DNA of 64,000 nucleotides from an uncultured bacterium (GTDB lineage: Bacteria > Omnitrophota > Omnitrophia > Omnitrophales > Aquincolibacteriaceae): the NCBI GenBank assembly GCA_964445745.1, contig CAYULU010000005.1, positions 211 through 64,210 on the forward strand, read 5' to 3'. Numbering within the stretch: the first letter of the stretch is position 1; each line of letters begins with the position of its first letter. The notes beneath the pieces were generated by a model that was not told the origin of the DNA, ran no database searches, and saw only the letters and a program-made list of their open reading frames with translations. This document shows, piece by piece, positions 7,785 through 17,209 of this stretch. A program made the position numbers and the translations under genes.

Positions 7785-7904
7785 CGAGATAAGGGTACGC
7801 GAAGAAGACCTGTCGAAAAAGCGTCGTCATTCTACTTAAGGAACCGGAACTTTACAAGATATTCGAAACAAATTCCAGAAAAATTCCGGGGGACCTAGAA
7901 AAGT

Positions 7905-7933
7905 TTGACAGTGTCTGGGGGCTTTGGTATACT
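7905..7933 (+). promoter_or_regulatory. Sigma70-type promoter for rplM-rpsI
   Basis: TTGACA (7905-7910), a 17-nt spacer, then TATACT (7928-7933). It lies about 180 nt upstream of the rplM ATG. Confidence 0.6.
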
Positions 7934-8113
7934 TTGCAAACTTTTTCAGGGTACTTTGAGTCGCAGGAAGATAGTCCTCCTAGCTGATTTCCCCCTAATA
8001 CATTTATAAAACAAAGAAAGGATGCCTCGTTGTTTTCTTCTTGAAACAGCAAATGGGGCTGGTTTCGGCAAGTCATTTGTTTCAAATGACAGAAACGGGT
8101 GAGGCCGTTATTT

Positions 8114-8545
8114 ATGAAAACTTTTATTCCTAAAGATAAAGATATTAATCGCAAGACTTACCTCATTGATGCATCCGGCAAGACCCTTGGTCGCTTGGCA
8201 ACCCGAGCCGCGTCTCTTCTCATCGGGAAGGGAAAAGCTTGTTTCTCTAAAGACCAGCTTGTGGGGGATCAGGTGATTGTGATCAATGCCGCGAAAATTT
8301 ACGTGACGGGCAAAAAGAAACAGCAAAAGGTTTATACCCGGTATACGGGATTTGCGGGGGGCATTCGCAGTATCACTCTTGAAAAGTTGTTAGAAAAAAA
8401 ACCGGCGGATGTTATTACCAAGGCGGTAACCCGAATGCTTCCCAAGAACCGAATGGGAGATGTCATGGCAAAGCGTCTTCGGGTTTTCCCCGGTGCTGAA
8501 TATAATCATAAAGCTCAAAAACCAATTACGATTGAGGTTTCATAA
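8114..8545 (+). CDS. rplM: 50S ribosomal protein L13
   Basis: MKTFIPKDKDINRKTYLIDASGKTLGRLATRAASLLIGKGK... is canonical L13. The ATG at 8114 is preferred over the upstream alternative start at 8099. Confidence 0.95.
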   Translation: MKTFIPKDKDINRKTYLIDASGKTLGRLATRAASLLIGKGKACFSKDQLVGDQVIVINAAKIYVTGKKKQQKVYTRYTGFAGGIRSITLEKLLEKKPADVITKAVTRMLPKNRMGDVMAKRLRVFPGAEYNHKAQKPITIEVS

Positions 8546-8547
8546 TT

Positions 8548-8940
8548 ATGGCAACTACATCGATTTACGCGACCGGCCGAAGAAAATCTGCGATTGCACG
8601 TGTTTGGCTGTTCCCTGGGCAGAAAGGGTTTACTGTCAATGGGCAAGATTCTGACAAGTATCTTAAACGTGCAAACCTTCAAATGATCGTGGAGCAGCCG
8701 CTTAAGGCCATGAACCTTCTCGGGCAGGTTCGGATTCGCGCTCGTGTCGAGGGCGGAGGAACTGCAGGACAGGCGGGTGCGATACGGCTTGGTATTGCCA
8801 GGGCTCTTCTTGGATTGAATGCTGAAAGCCGATCCCCGTTGCGGAAGGGTGGATACCTCACACGTGATCCTCGCGAGAAAGAGCGTAAAAAGGCAGGCCG
8901 CAAAGGTGCTCGCCGCCGCTTCCAGTACACAAAGCGGTAA
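8548..8940 (+). CDS. rpsI: 30S ribosomal protein S9
   Basis: 130 aa. ATGRRKSAIARVWL...GGGTAGQAGAIRLGIARAL...RDPREKERKKAGRKGARRRFQYTKR is canonical S9 and follows rplM directly. Confidence 0.95.
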   Translation: MATTSIYATGRRKSAIARVWLFPGQKGFTVNGQDSDKYLKRANLQMIVEQPLKAMNLLGQVRIRARVEGGGTAGQAGAIRLGIARALLGLNAESRSPLRKGGYLTRDPREKERKKAGRKGARRRFQYTKR

Positions 8941-9047
8941 TCCGGTTTTCTTATGGAGTTTTCTTCCAACCGAGAACCCATTGGAAAACGATATGCTTTT
9001 TCGGGTGTTTGTTACGACAAATGTTTGAAATGCACCTCTGTGAATTT

Positions 9048-9203
9048 ATGAATCATCCCACTCTTCAGTATGCCTGGCCGCGAAACTTGATTCTAATCGG
9101 GATAATTTTTTTTACGGCTTGGGTGTGCTCAGGTTGTCAGCAGTTTTTGCAGGATTATAATTATTCCCCGATCGGCGCTTCTCAGTTCAGCGACAATTAT
9201 TAA
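9048..9203 (+). CDS. Possible small secreted protein or lipoprotein (weak call)
   Basis: MNHPTLQYAWPRNLILIGIIFFTAWVCSGCQQ... has a signal-peptide-like N-terminus with an atypical lipobox. No family is recognised. Confidence 0.3.
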   Translation: MNHPTLQYAWPRNLILIGIIFFTAWVCSGCQQFLQDYNYSPIGASQFSDNY

Positions 9204-9214
9204 GAACATCCGTC

Positions 9215-11776
9215 TTGTTTGCGGAAGAGGGACCGGATTTTGTGACAGAAGGATCTGTTTTTGCTAAACCATCACCTGTCGGGAAAACGAAGACATGGAA
9301 AAAAAGTTTTCGTTTTTTTCTTTTTCTTTTTTTTGCGCTCCTCATCTATGTTGGTTTTGTCTGGTTTCAGGCCAATCGGCTGTTAAGATCCGAAAAAACC
9401 CAGAACCATTTTATTGAGAAAATTCAACTTGTTTCCGGGGGGGTCTTGACTCACGGAGGTTTAGAAGTTGGATTTTCCCCAAATCCGACTCTAACGTTTC
9501 TGAATCCGAAGCTTACTTTCGCCAATCATCCTGCGGTCATCGAATCTGAAAAACTCTGTCTCGATTTTAATATCATTTCAATTGCCTGGGGCCGTACGGA
9601 ACCCTCCGAGATTTATGCTTTTGGTGTGAAATTTAACACTTCAATTCCGGCCTTTCCGGGTTTAGAAGAGATCCAGCTACAAAACGCTGTTCTTAAGATG
9701 GGCGCCATTCGCTCTGGTCTTGCGATTCCCGTTCAGATGTCAGGCGATGTGGGCAGTCAACCGCAGGCATTTGATGTGAAGGGACATTTCGTCATCCCTT
9801 CACTGGAAAGACTTGAATGGGACCAGGTCAGCATGCGACTTCTCTTCAATTTCAAGGATCTTCCGATTGCCAGTGCCGTCGCTCATGCTTCGGAACGCCC
9901 TCCTTTTTTCATTTTTAAGGGTGGTTTTTTAAACGGATCTTTCGAAACAAAAAAACAGAAGGGATCCGGAGAACTGGATTTTGCGGGTACCGGTAAAGTT
10001 CGCAAAGTGAGTTACGAAATTCGCAGTGAAAAGGATATAACAGTACCGCTTGCTTTCGATGTGGAGATGGATCTTTCAGGCGTCTGGAATGCTGTTCAGG
10101 AAGAGTTGAAGATCAATAAATCTCAATTTCGGCTTCCTTTTGGATCTCTCGAAACCAACGGGAGTTTAAAGTTGGGAACCGGGGAAATCCCGAGTTTCTA
10201 CTTTTTCGCGAAAGATCTGGTTCTTGAAAAGATGGTTGCTTATTGGCCCGGCATTGAAAATATTCTTCCTTTTAAAATCGGTTTTTCCGGTGCGAGTCAA
10301 TGGATCTTAAATCTCGAAGGTACACTTGACCACCTGCGAATCCATCTTAATGTTGATTTTAAGCAAACTCTTTTCACGTATGGCCAGTATTTTACGAAAC
10401 CCAAGGATATTCCGCTTAACGCGACTTTCGACTATCTCATTCGAAAGGGTTCGACGCTATCAGGAGATTTTTCAGTCCGATTCCAGGAAATGTCTCTCAA
10501 GGGAAATTTGACGGATCTGGACATGGGGACGGGCACGGGGCAGTTAAACCTTCTCACCAACAAATTTTCGATGGCGGGGTGGGAATCGTATATTCCGATG
10601 CTTCAAGGTTTCAAGATTGACGGAGACGCCAAGATCCTTGCGAACTGGAAGGGAGACCTTCGAGCCTTGGAAAAAGCTGATAAAATTTTGCATGTTACGA
10701 TCGGAAAAGGATCTTGGGCGGACGTAGACGGAAAGGGGATCCGGAATGCAGATCTTTCTCTTGATTATAGCCCGCTGATGCTCGAAGGTCGGCAGATGAA
10801 GTTTGATCTGGGGAAATCACCTGTTGTTGCGGATCTCAAGATAGCGGGGACGGGGGAGCAGAAAGAATCTTTTTTCCATCTTTCAGCAGGCGAATTAAAT
10901 CTTAATGAAGCCTGGGATTCTGTAAGAGCGCTTTTCCAGCGCAAAACCGAGACTGCCCCCAAAGATTTTTGGGATGATATCAAGACGACAGTCCATGGCC
11001 TTTTCCCCTCGGGGCAGACGGTCCAGAATTTTTCAGTTGATATTTCAAACACGGACCGGATTTGGAATATATCGAAACTCCACGCTCAGATTTATAGCGG
11101 AGTGCTGGATCTTTCCGGTTGGGTGGATCCAACGATGCAACCGGCTCAGTACCAATCTGAGGGCGAAATCAAAGGTCTTAATCTTGACCTCTTTTTGAAT
11201 CGGGCGGGTTTGGAAAAACAATGGTTTGGGGGTTCAACGATCCTGAAGTTTTCCGTCAATGGAAGCGGCTGGGGGAGAGACGCGTGGACCTCTTCGCTTA
11301 AAGGACGGGGACAATTAAATCTTACCGAAGGGCAGTTCGGTTTTATGGATCCTATTGGCGTCTTATCGTCCATCGAGCCCTTGAGCTCCCTTGGATCCAG
11401 AATGAAGTCGCCCAACTCCTTTAACGAGCTTGATTTTAATTGGGTCCTTGCCAACGGGAAAGTGGAGACGGAAGATTTTCTCATCAAAAGTTCGGATTAT
11501 GTGGTGGACGGTGAAGGAACGCTTGGTTTTGATGGTTTGCTAAACCTGCGATGGGACGTATTTCTTCCGACTTCTCTGGCGGCGGAAATTTTCCCTGGGA
11601 TGGCAGAGACTTTTCACAAGGAAACCAGCGCCCATCTGGGGCCGATCACATTGCTCATCTCAGGATTGGCCGATTCTCCTCACATTAAACCTGATCCGGC
11701 CCGGGCGGAAGAGTTGATACAAATGATCCGCGAGGAAAAAGCTCGATCGCTGATTTACGAGCTTGTGCTGGATTAA
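9215..11776 (+). CDS. AsmA-family protein (inner-membrane-anchored, envelope lipid/OMP assembly family)
   Basis: 853 aa. It has one N-terminal TM helix (FRFFLFLFFALLIYVGFVWF), a long beta-rich body and an AsmA-like C-terminal pattern (DFLIKSSDYVVDGEGTLGFDGLLNLRWDVFLP). The start is non-ATG (TTG at 9215) and therefore uncertain. Confidence 0.55.
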   Translation: MFAEEGPDFVTEGSVFAKPSPVGKTKTWKKSFRFFLFLFFALLIYVGFVWFQANRLLRSEKTQNHFIEKIQLVSGGVLTHGGLEVGFSPNPTLTFLNPKLTFANHPAVIESEKLCLDFNIISIAWGRTEPSEIYAFGVKFNTSIPAFPGLEEIQLQNAVLKMGAIRSGLAIPVQMSGDVGSQPQAFDVKGHFVIPSLERLEWDQVSMRLLFNFKDLPIASAVAHASERPPFFIFKGGFLNGSFETKKQKGSGELDFAGTGKVRKVSYEIRSEKDITVPLAFDVEMDLSGVWNAVQEELKINKSQFRLPFGSLETNGSLKLGTGEIPSFYFFAKDLVLEKMVAYWPGIENILPFKIGFSGASQWILNLEGTLDHLRIHLNVDFKQTLFTYGQYFTKPKDIPLNATFDYLIRKGSTLSGDFSVRFQEMSLKGNLTDLDMGTGTGQLNLLTNKFSMAGWESYIPMLQGFKIDGDAKILANWKGDLRALEKADKILHVTIGKGSWADVDGKGIRNADLSLDYSPLMLEGRQMKFDLGKSPVVADLKIAGTGEQKESFFHLSAGELNLNEAWDSVRALFQRKTETAPKDFWDDIKTTVHGLFPSGQTVQNFSVDISNTDRIWNISKLHAQIYSGVLDLSGWVDPTMQPAQYQSEGEIKGLNLDLFLNRAGLEKQWFGGSTILKFSVNGSGWGRDAWTSSLKGRGQLNLTEGQFGFMDPIGVLSSIEPLSSLGSRMKSPNSFNELDFNWVLANGKVETEDFLIKSSDYVVDGEGTLGFDGLLNLRWDVFLPTSLAAEIFPGMAETFHKETSAHLGPITLLISGLADSPHIKPDPARAEELIQMIREEKARSLIYELVLD

Positions 11777-11801
11777 AACGAAAAGAAAAAGGGCCGTTAT
11801 T

Positions 11802-12503
11802 TTATTTTTCTCGCCGAAGTAGACTCAATAATGCCCGTGCCGCTTTAAGCTCCGATTCCTTTTTAATCTTGTGAAAACCGGAAGCTTTCCGCTTTCGGTC
11901 GACAGAAACAACCGTGGTGACTCCCTTCGAACTGGATTTGTGAACGTAAACGGGGAGTTTTTTCCATTTTTTCAGCGTAAGCTCCTGCAACGTACTTTTT
12001 GGATTGGGATCTAGCCGGAAAAGTTTTTTGGGGTCAAAATACTCTGCATAATGCTTGAGAATAAAAGCTTCTGTTTTTTTTCTTCCGAGATCAAAGAAAA
12101 TTGCGGCAAAAACCGCCTCGAGAGCGTCGGTCATAAGCTTGTGCTTGTAGGGGGTGGCCATAGCCTGGTGCAGACTTCTTCCGAGTCGCATGAATCCGTG
12201 GAGCCGCAATTTTTCGGCGATCCTTCCGAGGACCCTCTGTGAAACAAGGATCGAGCGGAGTTTAGAGAGCATGCCTTCATTGGCTTGCGGGAAATCAGCG
12301 TAAAGTTGCTGACAAATGACTTCGTTCAGGATGGAGTCCCCAAGAAATTCAAGGCGGTCAAAATCGGCCAGCTTTTCTGTGAATTGATTTTCGTTTCTGA
12401 AAGAAGGATGTGTCAGGGCCGCGTCAAAAAGGGATAGATTTTTCACGGAAAGCCCGAGCCCTTTACGAAGTTTGGCTTTGGTGAGTTTTAGCGTCTTGGT
12501 CAT
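11802..12503 (-). CDS. rnc: Ribonuclease III
   Basis: 233 aa. It has the RNase III signature FDRLEFLGDSILNEV and a C-terminal dsRBD-like region. Confidence 0.9.
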   Translation of the reverse strand: MTKTLKLTKAKLRKGLGLSVKNLSLFDAALTHPSFRNENQFTEKLADFDRLEFLGDSILNEVICQQLYADFPQANEGMLSKLRSILVSQRVLGRIAEKLRLHGFMRLGRSLHQAMATPYKHKLMTDALEAVFAAIFFDLGRKKTEAFILKHYAEYFDPKKLFRLDPNPKSTLQELTLKKWKKLPVYVHKSSSKGVTTVVSVDRKRKASGFHKIKKESELKAARALLSLLRREK

Positions 12504-12631
12504 AAGTGGTTTAACATAATGTTTTCACGCAGGACTGTCAATTATAAAATAGCGTAAGTAACTATAGAGTATAGAGTTATGAATAATGCAGCCCTCTTTT
12601 GCTAATTCAAAAGTTGTCGTAACTTCTTAAA

Positions 12632-12660
12632 TTGACAAAGGATAGAGCTATTTCTATAAT
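12632..12660 (+). promoter_or_regulatory. Consensus sigma70-type promoter of the arg operon
   Basis: TTGACA (12632-12637), a 17-nt spacer, then TATAAT (12655-12660). Both hexamers match the consensus perfectly. Confidence 0.7.
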
Positions 12661-12672
12661 ACCTGTCTACGT

Positions 12673-12710
12673 AAAAGGACAGTCGACCAAGAGACTGTCC
12701 TTTTGTTTCC
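12673..12710 (+). promoter_or_regulatory. Terminator-like leader hairpin between the arg promoter and argC (candidate attenuator or operator)
   Basis: A perfect 12-bp stem, aaaaggacagtc (12673-12684) paired with gactgtcctttt (12693-12704), has an 8-nt loop and is followed by gtttcc. It starts about 6 nt after the predicted TSS. No convergent upstream gene exists that it could terminate. Confidence 0.5.
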
Positions 12711-12733
12711 GAAAAGGAGAATCATTGAGTCAA

Positions 12734-13759
12734 ATGTTGAACTGTGCTGTATTAGGCGCGACGGGATATACAGGATCTGAACTCACCAGGTTGTTGCTTG
12801 CCCACCGAAGTGTCCGAATCACTCATCTGACAACACGGCAGGAAAAACATATCCCGCTGGCCGAGGTTTTGCCATCGATCCCCAAGGACGTGGACCTTCA
12901 TATTACCCCTTATGATTTTGAAGATGTCAAAAAGAAGGCCGACCTTGTGTTTCTTTGCTTACCTCATACAGAAGCCATGACGACGGGAGATCTTTTCTTT
13001 CAGGCCGGTAAAATCGTGATCGATCTTTCCGCGGATTTCCGGCTGAAAAATCCGGCCCTTTATCCCAAGTGGTACGGGGTCGAGCATGCCTTTCCCGCGA
13101 GACTCCGACAGGCAGTTTACGGTTTGTGCGAAGTGAACCGGGAAAAAATCAAAAAGGCGGATTTGATCGCTAATCCCGGGTGTTATCCGACGGGGCCGTC
13201 CCTTGCCCTTTGGCCGCTTTTTAAGAAAAAAATGATCCGAACGGATTCCGTCATTATTAATGCTGCGTCGGGGGTTACTGGTGCTGGAAGAAAACTGGTG
13301 ACGGCGACTCAGTATTGTGAGGTGAATGAAAATTACAATGCCTACAGAGTGAACCGGCACCAACACATTCCCGAGATTGAACAGAATTGTTCCGAAGCCG
13401 CGGGCAGGGAAGTGCTCATTACTTTTGTCCCGCATCTTCTGCCGGTTTCACGAGGTATCCTTTCGACGATCTACGTCGAACCTTCCCAAAAAACATTGAC
13501 TGAGGAATCTATCCGAAAGGTGCTGGAGGCAGTTTACTCCCAGGACCCTTTTGTCAGGATTAAGCCCGCGGGGCAATTCCCGAGTCTCAAGGATGTCCGA
13601 GGGACGAACTTTTGCGACATTGGTGTTTCCCTGGATTCCCGCACGGGGCGACTGGTGATCCTTACGGCCATTGATAATCTTTTGAAAGGTGCTTCAGGCC
13701 AGGCAGTTCAAAACATGAACATTCGTTGTGGTTTCCCCGAGGGAGCGGGGCTTGTCTGA
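12734..13759 (+). CDS. argC: N-acetyl-gamma-glutamyl-phosphate reductase
   Basis: MLNCAVLGATGYTGSELTRLL...NPGCYPTG (active-site Cys region). The ATG at 12734 is preceded by aaaaggaga. The longer ORF-track start at 12632 lies inside the promoter. Confidence 0.9.
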   Translation: MLNCAVLGATGYTGSELTRLLLAHRSVRITHLTTRQEKHIPLAEVLPSIPKDVDLHITPYDFEDVKKKADLVFLCLPHTEAMTTGDLFFQAGKIVIDLSADFRLKNPALYPKWYGVEHAFPARLRQAVYGLCEVNREKIKKADLIANPGCYPTGPSLALWPLFKKKMIRTDSVIINAASGVTGAGRKLVTATQYCEVNENYNAYRVNRHQHIPEIEQNCSEAAGREVLITFVPHLLPVSRGILSTIYVEPSQKTLTEESIRKVLEAVYSQDPFVRIKPAGQFPSLKDVRGTNFCDIGVSLDSRTGRLVILTAIDNLLKGASGQAVQNMNIRCGFPEGAGLV

Positions 13760-14983
13760 ATGATGAAAAAAACTTTTTGGAAAAAAGAAAAAAATGGTTC
13801 GGTGACGTCGCCCATCGGGTTTGTGGCGGGAGGAATTCACTCCGGGATCAAGAAGAAAAAAAAGAAATATGACGTGTCGCTGATCTTTTCAAAGACTCCC
13901 TGTGTTGCGGCTGGGACGTTCACCACCAATCGCGCCAAGGCGTGGCCGGTTCTCCACTCAATGAAAGTGGTCAATGGTTCGCGACACCATGCCATCATCG
14001 GGACGAGCGGGAATGCCAATTGCCTGAATGGAATGATCGGAAAGAAAACAGTCGATGAAATTACCTGGGAGACCGCAAAGCATCTCGATATCCTGCCGCA
14101 GGAAGTGCTGATAGCCCAGACCGGGATTATCGGTGTCCCGTTTCCAATCACACGGGTCAAGCGTGCCATTCCGAAGCTGGTCGCAAGACTTTCCGAAAAA
14201 GGGGGACACGGGGCCGCTAAGGGGATTTTGACGACAGATCTCTCCAATAAGGAAATAGCGATTTCGCTCGAGCTAGGCGGGAAAAAAGTGACGATCGCGG
14301 CTTGCGCCAAAGGGGCGGGGATGGTGCATCCGAATATGGCGACGATGCTTTGCTTTATCACGACGGATTGTGCGATTACCAAGGCCATGTTGCGGCGGGC
14401 GGTTCGGCACGCGGCCGATGACACCTTCAACACCATGGCGATCGATAATGACATGAGTACCAACGATATGGTTCTTTGCCTTGCCAACGGGTTGGCGCGA
14501 AATCCTGCGATCACCAAAGTCGGCAAGGATTACTGGATGTTTCGGGAGGCGCTTGAGGAAGTCATGCGTTACATCGCTCACGAAATGGTGAAAGACGGAG
14601 AGGGCGTGACTCATGTGTGCCACCTCCAACTTTCCGGCGCCAAAACTCCGACGGATGCCGAGCGGGTTGCCCGGCAGATTGCGAACTCAATGCTTTTCAA
14701 GACGATGCTGGCAGGTTCCAACCCTAATTGGGGCCGGATTGCGGCGGCTGTGGGAGCGAGCGGAGTCGATTTCAACCCGAATCATCTGAGTATTTCGTTT
14801 GGTGATGCCGAGGTTTTACACCAGGGGAAACTGCGGGTTCTGAATATCCCGAAGGCGCGACGAATTCTCCAAAAGAAAGAGTATTCGATTTTCGTCAAGA
14901 TCGGAAAAGGACGTGGCCGGGCGGATTTTATAACGTCTGATTTGACGACGAAATATGTTTTAATCAACGCCGCATATTCCTAA
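13760..14983 (+). CDS. argJ: Bifunctional ornithine acetyltransferase / N-acetylglutamate synthase
   Basis: 407 aa. The autoprocessing region is HPNMATMLCFITTDCAI, and the C-terminus TSDLTTKYVLINAAYS is typical of ArgJ. Confidence 0.9.
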   Translation: MMKKTFWKKEKNGSVTSPIGFVAGGIHSGIKKKKKKYDVSLIFSKTPCVAAGTFTTNRAKAWPVLHSMKVVNGSRHHAIIGTSGNANCLNGMIGKKTVDEITWETAKHLDILPQEVLIAQTGIIGVPFPITRVKRAIPKLVARLSEKGGHGAAKGILTTDLSNKEIAISLELGGKKVTIAACAKGAGMVHPNMATMLCFITTDCAITKAMLRRAVRHAADDTFNTMAIDNDMSTNDMVLCLANGLARNPAITKVGKDYWMFREALEEVMRYIAHEMVKDGEGVTHVCHLQLSGAKTPTDAERVARQIANSMLFKTMLAGSNPNWGRIAAAVGASGVDFNPNHLSISFGDAEVLHQGKLRVLNIPKARRILQKKEYSIFVKIGKGRGRADFITSDLTTKYVLINAAYS

Positions 14984-15072
14984 AAGAAAGGGGATAGGGG
15001 TAGAGGATAGGGAACAGAAATTCGAAAAGAATTTTCTAAACCCTAAATGCTAGATCCTATACGTTAGCAAAA

Positions 15073-15927
15073 ATGCAGCAACTTATCGAAAAAGCCAGTG
15101 TTCTGATTGAGGCGCTTCCCTACATCCAGAAATTTCGCGGGAAAGAAGTTTTGATCAAGTATGGAGGTGCCGCGCTTACCTATCAGGAAGTGCGCGACAT
15201 GGTGCTCCAGGATCTTGTTTTTATGAGCTATGTCGGGATTCGCCCCATTTTAATTCACGGCGGCGGGAAATTTATCACCGAAAACATGAAGAAAAAAGGA
15301 ATCCAAAGCCAGTTTATCAACGGTCTTCGCGTGACAGATAAGTCTGCGATTTCGGTGGTTCATGATACTTTGGCTGAATTGAACCGGAGTATTGTGCGTG
15401 ACATTGAGCGGCTGGGGGGGGCGGCGGTAGGCCTTTCCGGGTTTGATGCCGAGGTTCTGAATGTTGTCAAGCATACGGAAAACGGTGACGTTGGTTTTGT
15501 CGGTGATGTCTCGTCCGTAAACACCATTCCGATCAAGGAATTAACGGAGTTTGGACGAATTCCCGTGATTTTTCCGGTCGGGAAGGGGCCGGATGGTGAA
15601 ATGTACAATGTGAATGCCGATGAAGCGGCCGCGAACATTGCGGCGGCCATGCAGGTCCAGAAATTTATGGTGCTGACGAATGTGAAAGGTATTTTGCGGG
15701 ATGCCACGAATGATGAAACTCTTATTCCGTCCCTTCACGTCAATGACACTCAGATGCTGATCGATCAGGGTATTATCTCGGGCGGTATGATTCCGAAAGT
15801 GAAAGCTTGTATCGATGCCCTTCAGGGTGGAGTTCAGAAAGCACACATCATTGACGGTCGTACGACGCATGCCTTACTACTTGAGATTTTTACCGATCAA
15901 GGTATTGGTACGGAAATAACTTTATAA
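15073..15927 (+). CDS. argB: Acetylglutamate kinase
   Basis: 284 aa. LIKYGGAAL...ILIHGGG...NVNADEAAANIA are amino-acid kinase family motifs. Confidence 0.9.
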   Translation: MQQLIEKASVLIEALPYIQKFRGKEVLIKYGGAALTYQEVRDMVLQDLVFMSYVGIRPILIHGGGKFITENMKKKGIQSQFINGLRVTDKSAISVVHDTLAELNRSIVRDIERLGGAAVGLSGFDAEVLNVVKHTENGDVGFVGDVSSVNTIPIKELTEFGRIPVIFPVGKGPDGEMYNVNADEAAANIAAAMQVQKFMVLTNVKGILRDATNDETLIPSLHVNDTQMLIDQGIISGGMIPKVKACIDALQGGVQKAHIIDGRTTHALLLEIFTDQGIGTEITL

Positions 15928-16003
15928 CGTAAGGTACAGAGGGAACAGCCAAGGATGGCGAGTTTTTTCTGCGGCCTTCGTTGTCCACAAAGTGACAGGA
16001 AAT

Positions 16004-17209
16004 ATGAAAACCACAGGCGTACAAAAACTCTATAGCGAATTTATATTGCCAACCTACACTCAAATGCCGATCTGCATTGTGAAAGGGAAAGGCTCGCGTG
16101 TGTGGGATCTGGAAGGCCGCGAGTATCTGGATTTTTTCCCGGGGTGGGGAGTTTCAGCTTTGGGACATTGTCCTCCCATGGTGATGAATGCGATTAAACG
16201 CCAGGTGCGAACGTTGATTCATATCCCCAATAATTTTCTCAATGTGAAACAGGCGGAACTGGCAAGCGTGATTTCGGAGGCTTCCTACCCGGCGCGCGTA
16301 TTTTTTTGCAATTCCGGCGCTGAAGCCAACGAAGGCGCCATCAAGTTTGCCAAAAAGTACGGGAGCGAGACCGGGCGCTATGAAATCATTACGATGAAGC
16401 GATCTTTTCACGGCAGGACTTTAGCGGCGATGACGGCGACGGGACAGGAAAAGTTCCATCATGGTTTTGAACCTCTCATGGAGAAGTTTTTTCACGCGGA
16501 CTTCAATGATCTCGATTCTGTGAAGCGGTTAATAACGCCCAGGACCATCGCGATCATGCTCGAGCCGATTCAGGGAGAGGGCGGCATTCATGTCGCCAAA
16601 CCCGAATTTATGGAAGGGCTTCGGAAACTTTGCGATGAAAGAGACATGCTTCTGATACTCGATGAAGTCCAGACGGGGATGGGGCGGACCGGGAAGATGT
16701 TTGCTTATCAGCATTATCGGGGGATTGAGCCGGATATACTGACTCTCTCGAAGGCCCTGGGTGGTGGCGTTCCGATTGGCGCGTTTGTTGTGAACCGGAA
16801 AATCCGGAAGGAAGTTCTTTCAGCTGGCATGCATGGTTCGACCTTCGGTGGTAGCCCGCTCGTCTGTGCGGCAAGTCTTGCTGTCTTCAAAACGATCCGC
16901 AAGGAAAGACTGCTGACCCATGCGGTGAAAATGGGAGAGCTCCTCATGGCCGAGTTTGAAAAAATGCGGAGAAAATATCCGGTCATTGAAGAGACTCGGG
17001 GAAGAGCGCTCATGGTTGCGCTGAAGCTTAAGGAACCCTCCGCTCCTTACGCTCAGGAAGCAAGGACCCAGGGGCTCCTGATTAATAGCACGCAAGGCGA
17101 TGTGCTCCGGTTCCTTCCGGCCCTGACGGTATCTGCAAAAGAAATCCGGAAAGCGATTGGCATTTTGAATAAAGTGTTTGAAAAGTTATCCAGGAAAAAA
17201 GAAGGTTGA
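16004..17209 (+). CDS. argD: Acetylornithine aminotransferase (class III PLP)
   Basis: The motifs FFCNSGAEANEGAIKFA...LILDEVQTGMGRTGKMFA...LSKALGGG include the PLP lysine context. The ATG at 16004 follows aggaaat; an alternative GTG lies at 15992. Confidence 0.85.
   Translation: MKTTGVQKLYSEFILPTYTQMPICIVKGKGSRVWDLEGREYLDFFPGWGVSALGHCPPMVMNAIKRQVRTLIHIPNNFLNVKQAELASVISEASYPARVFFCNSGAEANEGAIKFAKKYGSETGRYEIITMKRSFHGRTLAAMTATGQEKFHHGFEPLMEKFFHADFNDLDSVKRLITPRTIAIMLEPIQGEGGIHVAKPEFMEGLRKLCDERDMLLILDEVQTGMGRTGKMFAYQHYRGIEPDILTLSKALGGGVPIGAFVVNRKIRKEVLSAGMHGSTFGGSPLVCAASLAVFKTIRKERLLTHAVKMGELLMAEFEKMRRKYPVIEETRGRALMVALKLKEPSAPYAQEARTQGLLINSTQGDVLRFLPALTVSAKEIRKAIGILNKVFEKLSRKKEG

Noticed and set aside
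8099-8113. The upstream alternative start of rplM and the overlapping minus-strand ORF 7852-8154.
   Set aside because: The canonical L13 N-terminus begins at the ATG at 8114. The minus-strand ORF covers the promoter and leader region and has no recognisable features.
12632-12733. An N-terminal extension of argC, the ORF-track start at 12632.
   Set aside because: That TTG start coincides with the -35 hexamer of a perfect consensus promoter, and the extension would span the leader hairpin. The ATG at 12734 has a good RBS and gives the canonical ArgC N-terminus.
13848-13866. An A-rich run (aagaagaaaaaaaagaaat) early in argJ, considered as a frameshift or phase-variation site.
   Set aside because: The reading frame is intact and encodes a Lys run (GIKKKKKKYD) at a position where ArgJ proteins normally have a basic loop. 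There is no evidence of disruption.
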